A stretch of 64,000 bases of DNA from Bythopirellula sp. (GTDB lineage: Bacteria > Planctomycetota > Planctomycetia > Pirellulales > Lacipirellulaceae): the NCBI GenBank assembly GCA_965216565.1, contig OZ244170.1, positions 704,001-768,000 of the forward strand, read 5' to 3'. Made by a program: the position numbers and the translations under genes. Position 1 is the first letter of the stretch, and each line of letters begins with the position of its first letter. The notes under the pieces were generated by a model. That model was not told where the DNA came from, searched no databases, and saw only the letters and a program-made list of their open reading frames with translations. Shown piece by piece: positions 39,940 through 49,763 of the stretch.

Positions 39940-40077
39940 GAAATGGATTGCCTAGAGTGAAATGTAGGATTTGGGTGACAGGAGCCGGCCAGCGAGTCGC
40001 TCGGAGTCCGCAGACAGTCCTTATCGTTCCCGTTTTTATTCTGGGGCACAGTTTATCCAATTTAAGAGTATCTAGCT

Positions 40078-40569
40078 ATGTATGGTGAATTGATTCCGCT
40101 TGGAGGCGGCGATCCGATCCCATTGATCAAGAAACAACTTCTTATCGGTCGTCGCGAAAGCTGCGATATTGTCCTGAGATTTGCCAACGTCTCAGCCCAC
40201 CATTGTCAGCTGTTCGTTAACGGTGGCTATTGGTATGTCCGCGATATGCAGAGCCGAAACGGCGTAAAAGTCAACGGCGTCCGCGTGCAGGAAAAGCGGA
40301 TTGATCCGGGTGACTCCGTATTTGTGGCGAAGCATAAGTACGAGTTGGACTATTCGCCCGCCGATTTGGGCGCGGTGGGTCCACCACCGGCAGACGATCT
40401 TCCTGCTGAGATTATGACCGAATCGTTGCTCGCCCGAGCAGGACTACGGTCGAGTGGGCCCGACAGTAAAGACAAGCCTGCCGGCCGCACAGATAAGTAC
40501 AACACAAAGCGGTACGATGTCATGGACAACAGCGCGGGGCAGATTAAGCTTCCCGACGATCCAGTTTAA
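40078..40569 (+). CDS. FHA domain protein
   Basis: IGRRESCD...VSAHHC...SRNGVKVNG. Confidence 0.92.
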   Translation: MYGELIPLGGGDPIPLIKKQLLIGRRESCDIVLRFANVSAHHCQLFVNGGYWYVRDMQSRNGVKVNGVRVQEKRIDPGDSVFVAKHKYELDYSPADLGAVGPPPADDLPAEIMTESLLARAGLRSSGPDSKDKPAGRTDKYNTKRYDVMDNSAGQIKLPDDPV

Positions 40570-40629
40570 GCGTTCGTTCCCTAATCACTGGAAGCCGCGG
40601 GCAGAGGAAGACTGGTTCTCCGCTTATTT

Positions 40630-41766
40630 ATGGCGAAGAAAAAAAAGAACAGACTTCGAGCCGAGTTCCGAAAGAATCGGAACGTTCGTACCCGGGTTAA
40701 CGATCTCACGAAGAAGTTCGACCAAAATCAAGAATCGGTCGAGGATCTGCGCTCCCATCAAAGTGTCAGTGGCAAAGGGGAGCTTACCCGCAAACGCACT
40801 CTAGCAGGCGCGGAGGTCGCGGAAGATGCGTCTGGGGCCATTGTGTTGCCGGAGATCGACGAGCAGCTCTGCGAACGCGGTCGAGTTCTTCGTGTCCAGG
40901 GATTGGTGAGCACTGTCCTATGCGAAGATGGAATCACGCGGCAGTGTGCCACACGCCGATTGCTGAAGACACTTCAGACGGATCAACGGCACGTTGTGGC
41001 CGCGGGAGATATCGTGTGGGTTCGCCCCGAGGGCGACTCTGAGGGCATTATCGAACGTGTTGAGCCACGCCAGGGAGTGTTAGCCCGGAGCAGTCGTGGT
41101 CGACAACAATTGTTAGTGGCCAATGTCGATCAATTCTTGATCGTTACTAGCGCTGCTCAGCCACGACTCAAGCCAGGATTGTTGGATCGATACTTGGTCA
41201 CTGCAGAGCGGGCAGATATCGAGCCCATCTTGTGTATTAACAAGGTCGATCTCGTCGAGCGTGGCGACTTGCAACCCTTGGTGGGCGTTTATAGCCAACT
41301 CGGCTATCGGGTAGTATTGCTCTCGGCCACGAAAGGCTGGGGAATTGACCAATTACGTTGGCTTCTCAAGGGGCGACAATCTGTGCTGACGGGGCAAAGT
41401 GGCGTTGGCAAATCTAGCCTACTTAACACGGTCGACCCCGCACTAGAACTTCGAGTGCAGACAGTGAGCAACGAAACTGAGAAGGGACGTCACACAACAA
41501 CCACGGCAGAACTAATCCCGCTATCGTACGGCGGCTTTGTGGTGGACACCCCCGGTATCCGCCAACTACAGCTTTGGGATGTGATTCCCGAGGAAGTGGC
41601 TGGCTTCTTCCGCGATTTGCGGCCCTATGTCAGCGATTGCCGTTATCCCGATTGTACGCACACTCACGAGGAACCGTGTGCCGTGAAGGACGCAGTTGCT
41701 GATGGGTATATCGATGTGCGCCGCTATGAGAGTTATCTCAAAATTCACGCCGGCGACGAAGCCTAG
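40630..41766 (+). CDS. rsgA: Small ribosomal subunit biogenesis GTPase
   Basis: NKVD, GQSGVGKSS, GRHTTT, DTPGIR, CRYPDCTHTHEEPC. Confidence 0.96.
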   Translation: MAKKKKNRLRAEFRKNRNVRTRVNDLTKKFDQNQESVEDLRSHQSVSGKGELTRKRTLAGAEVAEDASGAIVLPEIDEQLCERGRVLRVQGLVSTVLCEDGITRQCATRRLLKTLQTDQRHVVAAGDIVWVRPEGDSEGIIERVEPRQGVLARSSRGRQQLLVANVDQFLIVTSAAQPRLKPGLLDRYLVTAERADIEPILCINKVDLVERGDLQPLVGVYSQLGYRVVLLSATKGWGIDQLRWLLKGRQSVLTGQSGVGKSSLLNTVDPALELRVQTVSNETEKGRHTTTTAELIPLSYGGFVVDTPGIRQLQLWDVIPEEVAGFFRDLRPYVSDCRYPDCTHTHEEPCAVKDAVADGYIDVRRYESYLKIHAGDEA

Positions 41767-41790
41767 GCAGCGTACCCCAGAAAATGCAGC

Positions 41791-44133
41791 TTATGCTGCT
41801 TGAGATTTCTCGGGCAAGCCGACTTCAGATTGAGATTCTTCATTGGGCATAACCCGCACTTCCAATGGCTTGAGTGTATCGAGATGAACGTCCCGCTGCG
41901 GGAAGGCGATGCATATTTCAGCGTCGCGGAAATACTGGTCGATCATAAATCGCATATCACTTTCAATACGGCGACGTTCGGAGAGCGACCGAATAGTGAT
42001 GAAGAAATAGAGTTCGAAGTTGAGCGAGTTATCCCCGAAACCGGCAAACCAAACGAACGGCTCTGGCTTGTTGAGCACCAACCCATGTTCGTCTGCAGCC
42101 CGTTTGAGTTGCTTGGCGACTTCTCGGCAGGGTGAGCCGTAGGCTACGCCAATTTGAACAGTACAGCGAACTGTAGAGTCCGCGAGGGTCCAATTGACGA
42201 CATTGTTCTCCAGGAACGTACTGTTAGGAACAATGATTTCATAGTTGCTCCCAGTCCGAATTCTTGTACTTCGCATGCCAATCGAATCAATGGTGCCTAC
42301 GACATCATCTAGCTCAATCAAGTCGCCAACACGAACTGGCTGCTCGGTTAGCATGATCAATCCACTAATAAAATTATTCAGTACATTTTGACTTCCAAAA
42401 CCAATACCGATAGCAGCCGCACCCCCTAGGAAGGTAAACATCGTAAGGGGGACGTTCACCACCTTTAGAGCCATCAGGGTCGACATGAATAAGAAAGCAT
42501 AGAACGAAAGAGACTGTAGTGCCGATATGCCTCCATCATTGATTCCAAATCGCGACAGAACCCTCTTGCCAAGCACTCCACTTAGGAGACGGGACACACG
42601 GTACCCCAAGACTAGCAATAAAATGCCACATAGGACTGAACTGACTCTTAATGGAGGCTGGTCCTCTGCAGGCGTGGTGAGCTCATAATCCCAAACATAG
42701 GCGGCCTTTTCCCAAGCCACTCCAAACCATTCAGATAGTGAAAAATGACTAGTACGCGCTTTGATTTCCGCAGCAAGCTTTTCTGCAAGGCGAGCCGTGG
42801 ACTCTGAGCGAGCCATGTGTTTATTGACAAATTCAATCTGGTCTCGAATGACTTGCTGCTGATGTTTCGTCCAACGGTCCGCGGCAGTTGGCTTTTTCTG
42901 TGCTTCTACCAAGTCGTTATCGGCCAGAACTTTTCTGAGCTCATCCAAGGTCGATTCGTTCAAGGAACGCTCTGTTGCGAGATCTTGCAATAAGGCCTCG
43001 GTTTCATCAAGCCATTTGTAGAGATCCGCAGTTTGATAGTCGGCAGTGGCAACACGGTAACGCCAAATCCACAAGTCACGCATTCTCTGGACCCAAGCAC
43101 TTTGCTTGGTGAAATAGTCACTTCGAACAGTACGTAAGCTATGCGCCTGCTTCTTCGCTGCAACTTCTGCCCGTAGGGCTTTACTGGCAGTGGCGGGGTC
43201 CTCTCTATCGAGCCGCTCACGAGCCTTGCTCCATTCTGAGAATAGAATGCTGACTTCTGTCTCATTTTCTTTTTGGCGACGCTCACCCTCGATCTCTTTT
43301 TGCGTTAGCTCGTGGAATTTCGAGTCTAAATCGTCCTGTGAAAATGTCACCTCGCTATCAATAAGCTGCAGTTTTTCTGTCAGGTAGTCTAATCTAGTTT
43401 GAAGAATCTCCTTTTCGAGCCGGACATTGGCGCGTTCTGTCTTGCGAATTTCCACTTTTGCTGCGGCAATGTCGCACTCGCGTTTGGTGAGATTGGCTTT
43501 CTGCTTGGTTGCAAGTTTTTCTGGAGGATCCTCGGCACTTTCTGCTTTTTCTTCCAGTAAGCGTTGCTGTTTGCATTTAGCTTCGTAAGCATCCTTGGCA
43601 CGACTGAGTGAATCTTCAACGGATTCAGTTGCCTTTGTGAGTGAGCGGAGTCTTTCGCCTTCTAGGGTGAGCGTGTCCTGGATCTCTTCACGGAGGAAAA
43701 AGGAATATGGTTTAGGCTCTTCTGGTCCAGAGTTTTTAAGTTGTATTAGCGCTTCCTTCTCTGTGGAAAGCTCGTCTTCAAGTTCTTTCGTCCGGCTGGA
43801 AAGAGACTCTTGCTGTTCATATACCAAACTCAATTGCTTCAGCAGGCTAATCTTCTCTGCATCCTGGGAAGACGCGTCCGAAGCGTCGGACTTAGTTTCG
43901 GGAGAGTTTTGCCGAGCAATTCTTAGCTGCTCTAATACCTCCGCCCGCTTTTCAGGGAGTGCCAATTCTTTTGAGTCCTCCGCGACTGGATCTTTGGGGG
44001 TCGTCGGAGATTCTGATTTGGTGCTATCGTCTAAGACATTGCCCAAGCCAGGAATTGCAGCAAATGCGGGAGTACTGCTCAGTACTAAGAGGCAGATTAG
44101 GAGAATAGGAAATTGACGCAAGCAAGCGGACAT
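41791..44133 (-). CDS. MscS/MscK-like mechanosensitive channel with periplasmic coiled coil
   Basis: GIGFGSQNVLNNFISGL, VGDLIE, IIVPNS, NWTL, IGVAYGS, FPQRDVH. Confidence 0.92.
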   Translation of the reverse strand: MSACLRQFPILLICLLVLSSTPAFAAIPGLGNVLDDSTKSESPTTPKDPVAEDSKELALPEKRAEVLEQLRIARQNSPETKSDASDASSQDAEKISLLKQLSLVYEQQESLSSRTKELEDELSTEKEALIQLKNSGPEEPKPYSFFLREEIQDTLTLEGERLRSLTKATESVEDSLSRAKDAYEAKCKQQRLLEEKAESAEDPPEKLATKQKANLTKRECDIAAAKVEIRKTERANVRLEKEILQTRLDYLTEKLQLIDSEVTFSQDDLDSKFHELTQKEIEGERRQKENETEVSILFSEWSKARERLDREDPATASKALRAEVAAKKQAHSLRTVRSDYFTKQSAWVQRMRDLWIWRYRVATADYQTADLYKWLDETEALLQDLATERSLNESTLDELRKVLADNDLVEAQKKPTAADRWTKHQQQVIRDQIEFVNKHMARSESTARLAEKLAAEIKARTSHFSLSEWFGVAWEKAAYVWDYELTTPAEDQPPLRVSSVLCGILLLVLGYRVSRLLSGVLGKRVLSRFGINDGGISALQSLSFYAFLFMSTLMALKVVNVPLTMFTFLGGAAAIGIGFGSQNVLNNFISGLIMLTEQPVRVGDLIELDDVVGTIDSIGMRSTRIRTGSNYEIIVPNSTFLENNVVNWTLADSTVRCTVQIGVAYGSPCREVAKQLKRAADEHGLVLNKPEPFVWFAGFGDNSLNFELYFFITIRSLSERRRIESDMRFMIDQYFRDAEICIAFPQRDVHLDTLKPLEVRVMPNEESQSEVGLPEKSQAA

Positions 44134-44286
44134 GGAAAGTGCTCATGGTTCGAATCTGGTACTAGAGTCATACCCACTTTGACAGCGGGAAGGTGAAAAA
44201 GTAGGTAAACGGGCGCGATCCGTCAACAGACACGCCCCACCTGCTAGCTGGGCGATTATTTAGTTTCGCAGATAGCAGCTACGGCT

Positions 44287-45348
44287 CTACCGCGGCGTGA
44301 AATCGTCGGCAGCTTGAATGCCACTGGCGAAGGTTGCCAATAGATTGGCAGTGGCGTCGATGTCCTCTAGCGAGATCATTTCTACGGCGCTATGCATGTA
44401 GCGATTGGGAACGCTGACGAGTCCGGCGGCCACGCCCGCACGTGAAAGCTGCATAGCATTTGCGTCAGTGCCCGTGCCGCGCCCTATGGCTCCCCACTGA
44501 CAGCGAACATCGGCGTCATCCGCTGCCTGATGAAGATGTTCGACCACGACAGGATTCATGTTGGGTCCACGATAGATTACGGGGCCGCCACCGAGCTTGA
44601 TATCGGATTCTTGGTTCTTATCAATCGTCGGACAATCAGTGGCGTGAGTGACGTCGACCGCAATTCCGACGTGAGGATTCACACCGTAAGCACTAGTTGT
44701 TGCACCCCGCAATCCAATCTCTTCTTGGACCGTTGCCACAGCATATAGCGAAACATTCAAGCCTTTGGACTTCGCGCGTCGCAACGCTTCCATGCAGACC
44801 CATAGCCCAGTTTTGTCGTCCATGCCTGGGGAATTAGCAAATCCATTGCGCATTTCTTGGTAGCCCAATTCAAGCGTTACTGGGTCGCCGATGCGGACAA
44901 CCTCCGCAGCCTCTTCCTTGCTCTTAGCCCCAATATCGAGCCACATCTCCTTATGCTTCACAACTTGCTTGCGTTCATCTTGATCGAGCAAGTGAATAGG
45001 CTTGCGCGAAATTACCGCTGGTATGGGACCGCTTGTTGCGTAGATCGTCATCCTCTGCCCAATAAGCTGCTGAGGATCCCAGCCACCAATCGTGTTTGTA
45101 TAGATAAATCCCGATTCATCAATGTGCGTAATAAGTAAACCAATTTGGTCCGCGTGCCCAGCAAACATCACTCGCAACTCCGCCCCAGGATTGCAACAGG
45201 CAATCACATTGCCGTGAAGATCCGTGGTAACCTCATCGGCAAACTGTCCGGCGTATTCGCGGACTATGGCTTGCACAGGCTGTTCATAGCCTGAGGGGCT
45301 GGGAGTTTCCAAGATTTCTTGAAAAAACGACTTGGCCGATTCTTCCAT
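44287..45348 (-). CDS. M42 family metallopeptidase
   Basis: PSPSGYE, GHADQIG, MDDKTG, VQEEIGLRGA, DVTH, GTDA, RYMHS; start set to ATG 45348. Confidence 0.93.
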   Translation of the reverse strand: MEESAKSFFQEILETPSPSGYEQPVQAIVREYAGQFADEVTTDLHGNVIACCNPGAELRVMFAGHADQIGLLITHIDESGFIYTNTIGGWDPQQLIGQRMTIYATSGPIPAVISRKPIHLLDQDERKQVVKHKEMWLDIGAKSKEEAAEVVRIGDPVTLELGYQEMRNGFANSPGMDDKTGLWVCMEALRRAKSKGLNVSLYAVATVQEEIGLRGATTSAYGVNPHVGIAVDVTHATDCPTIDKNQESDIKLGGGPVIYRGPNMNPVVVEHLHQAADDADVRCQWGAIGRGTGTDANAMQLSRAGVAAGLVSVPNRYMHSAVEMISLEDIDATANLLATFASGIQAADDFTPR

Positions 45349-45444
45349 TGTTGAACTCCAAATAGATGTCGCACGCAGCAATCGTCACCGGATTATTAAC
45401 TTAACCAGTGATTGTAAGTGAAAAGAATCAAAGTTATCAGGGGG

Positions 45445-45915
45445 TTAAGTATCTCCTTGGTCTTTGGCCGTTGAGGAACTCTCCTCGGCCTCCCTTTCAT
45501 GCTGGCAAACCATGTCATGAATATCGGGCCATGAGCCGAGTTCGATGAGGTTACCATCGGGATCGCGAAAGAAGATTTGTCGATAGCCGTAGTCTGGCAA
45601 GGAGCGTTCCACAAATTCGATTCCTCTCAGCGTTAGCTCATCAACGACCGCATCGGTGTCCTCGCATTGGATGGCAAAATGAGATCCAAGAGTTCGTATG
45701 GGACCTCTCGGAACCTGGTGAGTTGGTACATGAATCAAGTGGATCATCGGCCCAACCCGCTCTCGGTAGAGCCAGCGACCATCAAAGGAAAAAGAGGGCC
45801 GAGGGACGACCCGGAACCCAAGCAATTCGACGTAGAACTTTTCTGCCAAAGAGGGGTCGAGCGTGGGCAACGCGATATGGTTTAACTGCCCTGGGCTTAG
45901 AGGTTTGCGGGTCAT
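45445..45915 (-). CDS. VOC/glyoxalase family protein
   Basis: LNHIAL, FYVELLG, HFAI, QIFFRDPDGNLIEL. Confidence 0.9.
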   Translation of the reverse strand: MTRKPLSPGQLNHIALPTLDPSLAEKFYVELLGFRVVPRPSFSFDGRWLYRERVGPMIHLIHVPTHQVPRGPIRTLGSHFAIQCEDTDAVVDELTLRGIEFVERSLPDYGYRQIFFRDPDGNLIELGSWPDIHDMVCQHEREAEESSSTAKDQGDT

Positions 45916-46104
45916 GCAATTGGCTCATGGGTGAAGTAGACCATGCCAGAACTGCTAGCGAAGTGGTGATAATCTTTGCCGATTCTATCGATTTTCTGGC
46001 CTCTCGCGAACCACTGAGCCGATAAATCTCCACGAACGTCTCCGTCAGTAACTGTTCAGGCGGGGGGGCTACGTTTTTCAGATTTCTTGTCGGAGTATCA
46101 AGTC

Positions 46105-46734
46105 ATGTCCACGCGACAACTCTTTTCTCTTGTCAGTGCTCTTGTTTGCCTTTCCAGTGTGGGCTGTTGCATGATGCCCTATGGTGGTTGCGGAATGGGA
46201 GCTTGCGGCCCAAGTTGCGGCATTGCCGAGCCAGGTTGTTGTTGTCCAGAACCAGCCTGCGGCTGCTGCGATACCTGTTGCGAGCCAGCATGTGGATGTT
46301 GCGACAGTTGTTGCGAACCGGCTTGCGGCTGTTGCGATAGTTGCTGTGAGCCTGCTTGTGGTTGCTACGATTCCTGTTGCGAACCTGCCTGTGGATGCGG
46401 AGATGTTGGCTGTGGATCAGGAGTTGGAAACTGTCCGATTCTAGGAAACTGTTGGTTCATGCAACGTTTGCGCAGGGCGTTCAGCGGCTACGGCTACTAT
46501 AGCGGCTGCAACAGTGGTTGTTGCGGCGGATGCTCCAGTTGCTCTGGCTGCTCCGACGAAACCTACTACAACGAATGGCACAACGATCCGCCTTGCAATT
46601 GCCACTCGGCAGCGAAGACGGGCGGACACTACGGTGGCGCCTATGGACGACGTGCGTTCTTGGCCAAACAGCACCAGAATCTTACCGAAGACCTGCGCAC
46701 TGCAAATCAAAGCTCAGGGCCAATCTTGAGATAG
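46105..46734 (+). CDS. Cysteine-rich tandem-repeat putative lipoprotein
   Basis: ATG 46105 follows GGAG; hydrophobic leader ending SVGC; 5 copies of EPACGC at 11-aa spacing. Confidence 0.8.
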   Translation: MSTRQLFSLVSALVCLSSVGCCMMPYGGCGMGACGPSCGIAEPGCCCPEPACGCCDTCCEPACGCCDSCCEPACGCCDSCCEPACGCYDSCCEPACGCGDVGCGSGVGNCPILGNCWFMQRLRRAFSGYGYYSGCNSGCCGGCSSCSGCSDETYYNEWHNDPPCNCHSAAKTGGHYGGAYGRRAFLAKQHQNLTEDLRTANQSSGPILR

Positions 46735-46769
46735 TACCATCAGGCCCACTGCGTCTACCTGGGCCGAGG

Positions 46770-47549
46770 CTAATCGTCCGAAATGCCGAACACTTTCATG
46801 GCATTGGCAGTGGTTTGCTCGGCTAGTTGTTCGAGGGTAGTTCCCCTTGCGGCCGCGACGCATTCAGCTGTGTGGAGCAGATGAGCTGGTTCGTTGGGCT
46901 TCTTGCCCCGTACCGGTTCTGGTGAAAGGTAAGGGCTATCGGTCTCCAGCAGAATCCGATCGTCTGGAATGCTGGCAGCACAATCACGTAGAGCCTGAGA
47001 CTTCTTAAAGGTAACCATTCCGGCAAAACTAATATGCATGCCAAGCTGGACACATTCATCGGCCATTACTAGATCGCCGGTGAACGAATGCATAATTCCA
47101 TGCAGTAGACCACGTTGACGAGCTTCTCTTAGCATCACCATGATGTCTGAGTCACAATCGCGCATGTGAACTACAAAGGGTAGGCTACGGCGTTGTGCCA
47201 ATCGAATATGGCGGTCGAAGTAGTCTTGCTGCAATTCGAAGGGTGTAAAATCCCAATACCGATCGAGCCCAGTCTCGCCGACAGCAACAACTCGCTTGGA
47301 ATCGACCATCTCGACGACTTTGTCCCAGTCGCCCTCCTGAGCCTCTGCTACATAGTTAGGCTGAATGCCTACGGCTGCGTAGACGGATTCGTATTGGCCC
47401 GCGATCTCAACACATTTACGACTCGCAGCTGCAGTGGTACCAATACAAACCGAGCGGGTGATCCCCGCCGTTGCGGCTCGTTGCAGGACGTCGTCCAGTA
47501 TCTCGTCAAATTCTTCCTGATCGAGATGGGCGTGGGTGTCAAACAGCAT
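46770..47549 (-). CDS. tatD: TatD family hydrolase
   Basis: DTHAHL, VGETGLD, VVHMRD, HSFTG, ETDSPYL, NEPA. Confidence 0.95.
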   Translation of the reverse strand: MLFDTHAHLDQEEFDEILDDVLQRAATAGITRSVCIGTTAAASRKCVEIAGQYESVYAAVGIQPNYVAEAQEGDWDKVVEMVDSKRVVAVGETGLDRYWDFTPFELQQDYFDRHIRLAQRRSLPFVVHMRDCDSDIMVMLREARQRGLLHGIMHSFTGDLVMADECVQLGMHISFAGMVTFKKSQALRDCAASIPDDRILLETDSPYLSPEPVRGKKPNEPAHLLHTAECVAAARGTTLEQLAEQTTANAMKVFGISDD

Positions 47550-47593
47550 TGGAAATCTGTCGAGAGAAACCTGCGATTTCGAAAAGAGTTTTT

Positions 47594-48037
47594 CTAGTTC
47601 TTGCTCGGCTCGACCTGAACTAGCTCTCGTAGCGATTCTAGGTGTCCCTTGGCCATGCCGAGAGCCTCTTCGGCGAGCGCCTTGGCGGCAGGGAATGCTT
47701 GAAGATTTTCAACAATCTCGGAGACTGTTTCCACATCTTGTTGCTGATAGGCGACGGCTGCTCCAACCAAAAAGTCGATGCCCAAGTCGTGCATGTCGGT
47801 AAATTCCATTGGGAAATCACCGGTTCGAATCGAAGCGTCGGCATCGATTTGCATTTGAGTGATGCGGTCACCTAAAACCACCTGGTCTTCAGCAATTGCG
47901 TCCAGCGTCTCAATAATTTCGTTCCTGCCGGGAGGAACATAAGGACGCGAATACTGCAGATACTGAGGGAACGAATGCCCCACCAGCGCTAGCAAGCGAT
48001 TCAGTTCCGAAGCGGGCGTGGTTTGTTTCATGGCCAA
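47594..48037 (-). CDS. Hypothetical helical (ferritin-like) protein, last gene of the nuo block
   Basis: All-helical acidic sequence ending HLESL; starts 4 bp after the nuoN stop. Confidence 0.65.
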   Translation of the reverse strand: MAMKQTTPASELNRLLALVGHSFPQYLQYSRPYVPPGRNEIIETLDAIAEDQVVLGDRITQMQIDADASIRTGDFPMEFTDMHDLGIDFLVGAAVAYQQQDVETVSEIVENLQAFPAAKALAEEALGMAKGHLESLRELVQVEPSKN

Positions 48038-48041
48038 TTCT

Positions 48042-49718
48042 TTAACTCAGGATGTTGGAGACCGCTTCACTTGCCCATTGGGCGAGTGGATCGGGCCAAA
48101 TGCCCAATAGAATTACTGGTACGCAAACCACCAACGCATAGGCTACAGGGAGAAAGCCGATTGAAACAGGCCCGCGTGTGTCGGGCTCGTCGTCAATACA
48201 CATCGTTTTTACGACGCGAAGATAATACACCAGTGAGATTGCCGTATTCAAAGCGGCGGCCACTAGCACGGAATACATTAAGGTTCCACCGGCCATATAG
48301 AGGGCTTGCAAGACTCGCAGCTTAGGCCAGAATCCTGCCAGAGGTGGTAGGCCAATCAGACTTACTAAAACTGCAACCATCAATACAGTAACTAGCGGGT
48401 TGCTGCGAATAAGGCCTGCGTAGTCGGCGATGTCTTCGCTGCCCATAGAATTTCGCAGGAACGCAACAATTGCAAACGCGCCCAGATTCATGAATAGATA
48501 GAAGGCGATGTAGAGCATGACTGCGGACAGCGCTTCTTTGGCGAGTTCCTGATCGGTGCCCTGCAAAGAGACTGCCGCTGCGACCGCCATCATCATGAAT
48601 CCAGCATGGGCAATCGTCGAGTAGGCAAACATGCGTTTGATGTTCGATTGCCCATAGGCAGCCAAATTACCAAAGGTGCATGTGACGATCGCTACGATAG
48701 CCGTGAGGATTACGATGAACCGTCGCACCGGAGACAACGGAGCAGGCTCTGCTGAAGATTCTTCTTGCACTGTTTGCAGGGGAGAATTGGAAACCAAACT
48801 CACCGCGGCGGGCGGACTAGCGGCAATTTGATCTACTGCTGCTGCGTCGTGATAACCTAGCCCGATTCCCACGCGGATCAATAATACCAACGCTGCCGCC
48901 TTAGAAGCGACCGAAAGGAAGGCATCCACCTCTGCAGAGGCACCTTCGAACACGTCCGGGCACCAAAAGTGAAATGGCACGGCTGAAAGCTTAAAGGCCA
49001 AGCCAACACCCAGCATCAAGCCACCTAGGGCCAGCCCCATCAGAGGTAAATCTTCTCCCCCAGATGCTAAGGCGGTGGGAATGTCCATTTCCCACAACCG
49101 GCTGGCCATGGTTGGCAGGTGGGCGGAGCCTAGGATGCCGCACAGCAGGCTAATGCCGTAGAGCATGACGCCGGCGGTTCCCGCACCATAAATCGCGTAT
49201 TTCAGAGCGGCCTCGCTACTGCGACGACGTCCTTTCACCATTCCTGCGAGAACATAAGAGGGCACACTCGCCATTTCGATTCCCAAAAAAATCGCCAGCA
49301 TATGATTGGCCGAGGCCATGACACACATGCCAAGGGTGGAACCCAAAACCAATGTATAGAAGTCTTGGCCATCGCTACGATCGGCGAGTCCAGTTAATCT
49401 TGCTAGAAGAATAAATAGCACGGCAAACGCGAGTAGAAAGACTCGCATTGAGGCCGTCAGAGAATCGAAGACCAGCATGCCCGTGAAAATTTCCTGGGCA
49501 GGTGGGCTTTCCATCGAAGTTTTCACTGCCGACCACAAAGCGAAACTACTACCGGCCAGGGCCAGGAAAAACGAGGGAACGTATTGGCCACCCTTAAACA
49601 CACGCACCAGCAGCATCACGATGATCGTGCTGCAAATGGCAAGCTCAGGCTTAAACAGCGGCAAGCTGCCATCAAGCGTGTCTTTTAAAAGCTCGTCGAT
49701 GAGTGTCGTAAAGTTCAC
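48042..49718 (-). CDS. nuoN: NADH-quinone oxidoreductase subunit N
   Basis: SEAALKY, FKLSAVPFHFWCPDVFEG, KRMFAYSTIAHAG, GLPPLAGF, YYLRV. Confidence 0.95.
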   Translation of the reverse strand: MNFTTLIDELLKDTLDGSLPLFKPELAICSTIIVMLLVRVFKGGQYVPSFFLALAGSSFALWSAVKTSMESPPAQEIFTGMLVFDSLTASMRVFLLAFAVLFILLARLTGLADRSDGQDFYTLVLGSTLGMCVMASANHMLAIFLGIEMASVPSYVLAGMVKGRRRSSEAALKYAIYGAGTAGVMLYGISLLCGILGSAHLPTMASRLWEMDIPTALASGGEDLPLMGLALGGLMLGVGLAFKLSAVPFHFWCPDVFEGASAEVDAFLSVASKAAALVLLIRVGIGLGYHDAAAVDQIAASPPAAVSLVSNSPLQTVQEESSAEPAPLSPVRRFIVILTAIVAIVTCTFGNLAAYGQSNIKRMFAYSTIAHAGFMMMAVAAAVSLQGTDQELAKEALSAVMLYIAFYLFMNLGAFAIVAFLRNSMGSEDIADYAGLIRSNPLVTVLMVAVLVSLIGLPPLAGFWPKLRVLQALYMAGGTLMYSVLVAAALNTAISLVYYLRVVKTMCIDDEPDTRGPVSIGFLPVAYALVVCVPVILLGIWPDPLAQWASEAVSNILS

Positions 49719-49763
49719 GGAAGCTGTTGGGGTGTTGAGTGTTTCGTTTTATTTATTCGGCTT

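Noticed and set aside
46249..46398. 33-bp periodic repeats as a CRISPR array
   Set aside because: No spacers, in-frame coding repeats, and no cas genes.
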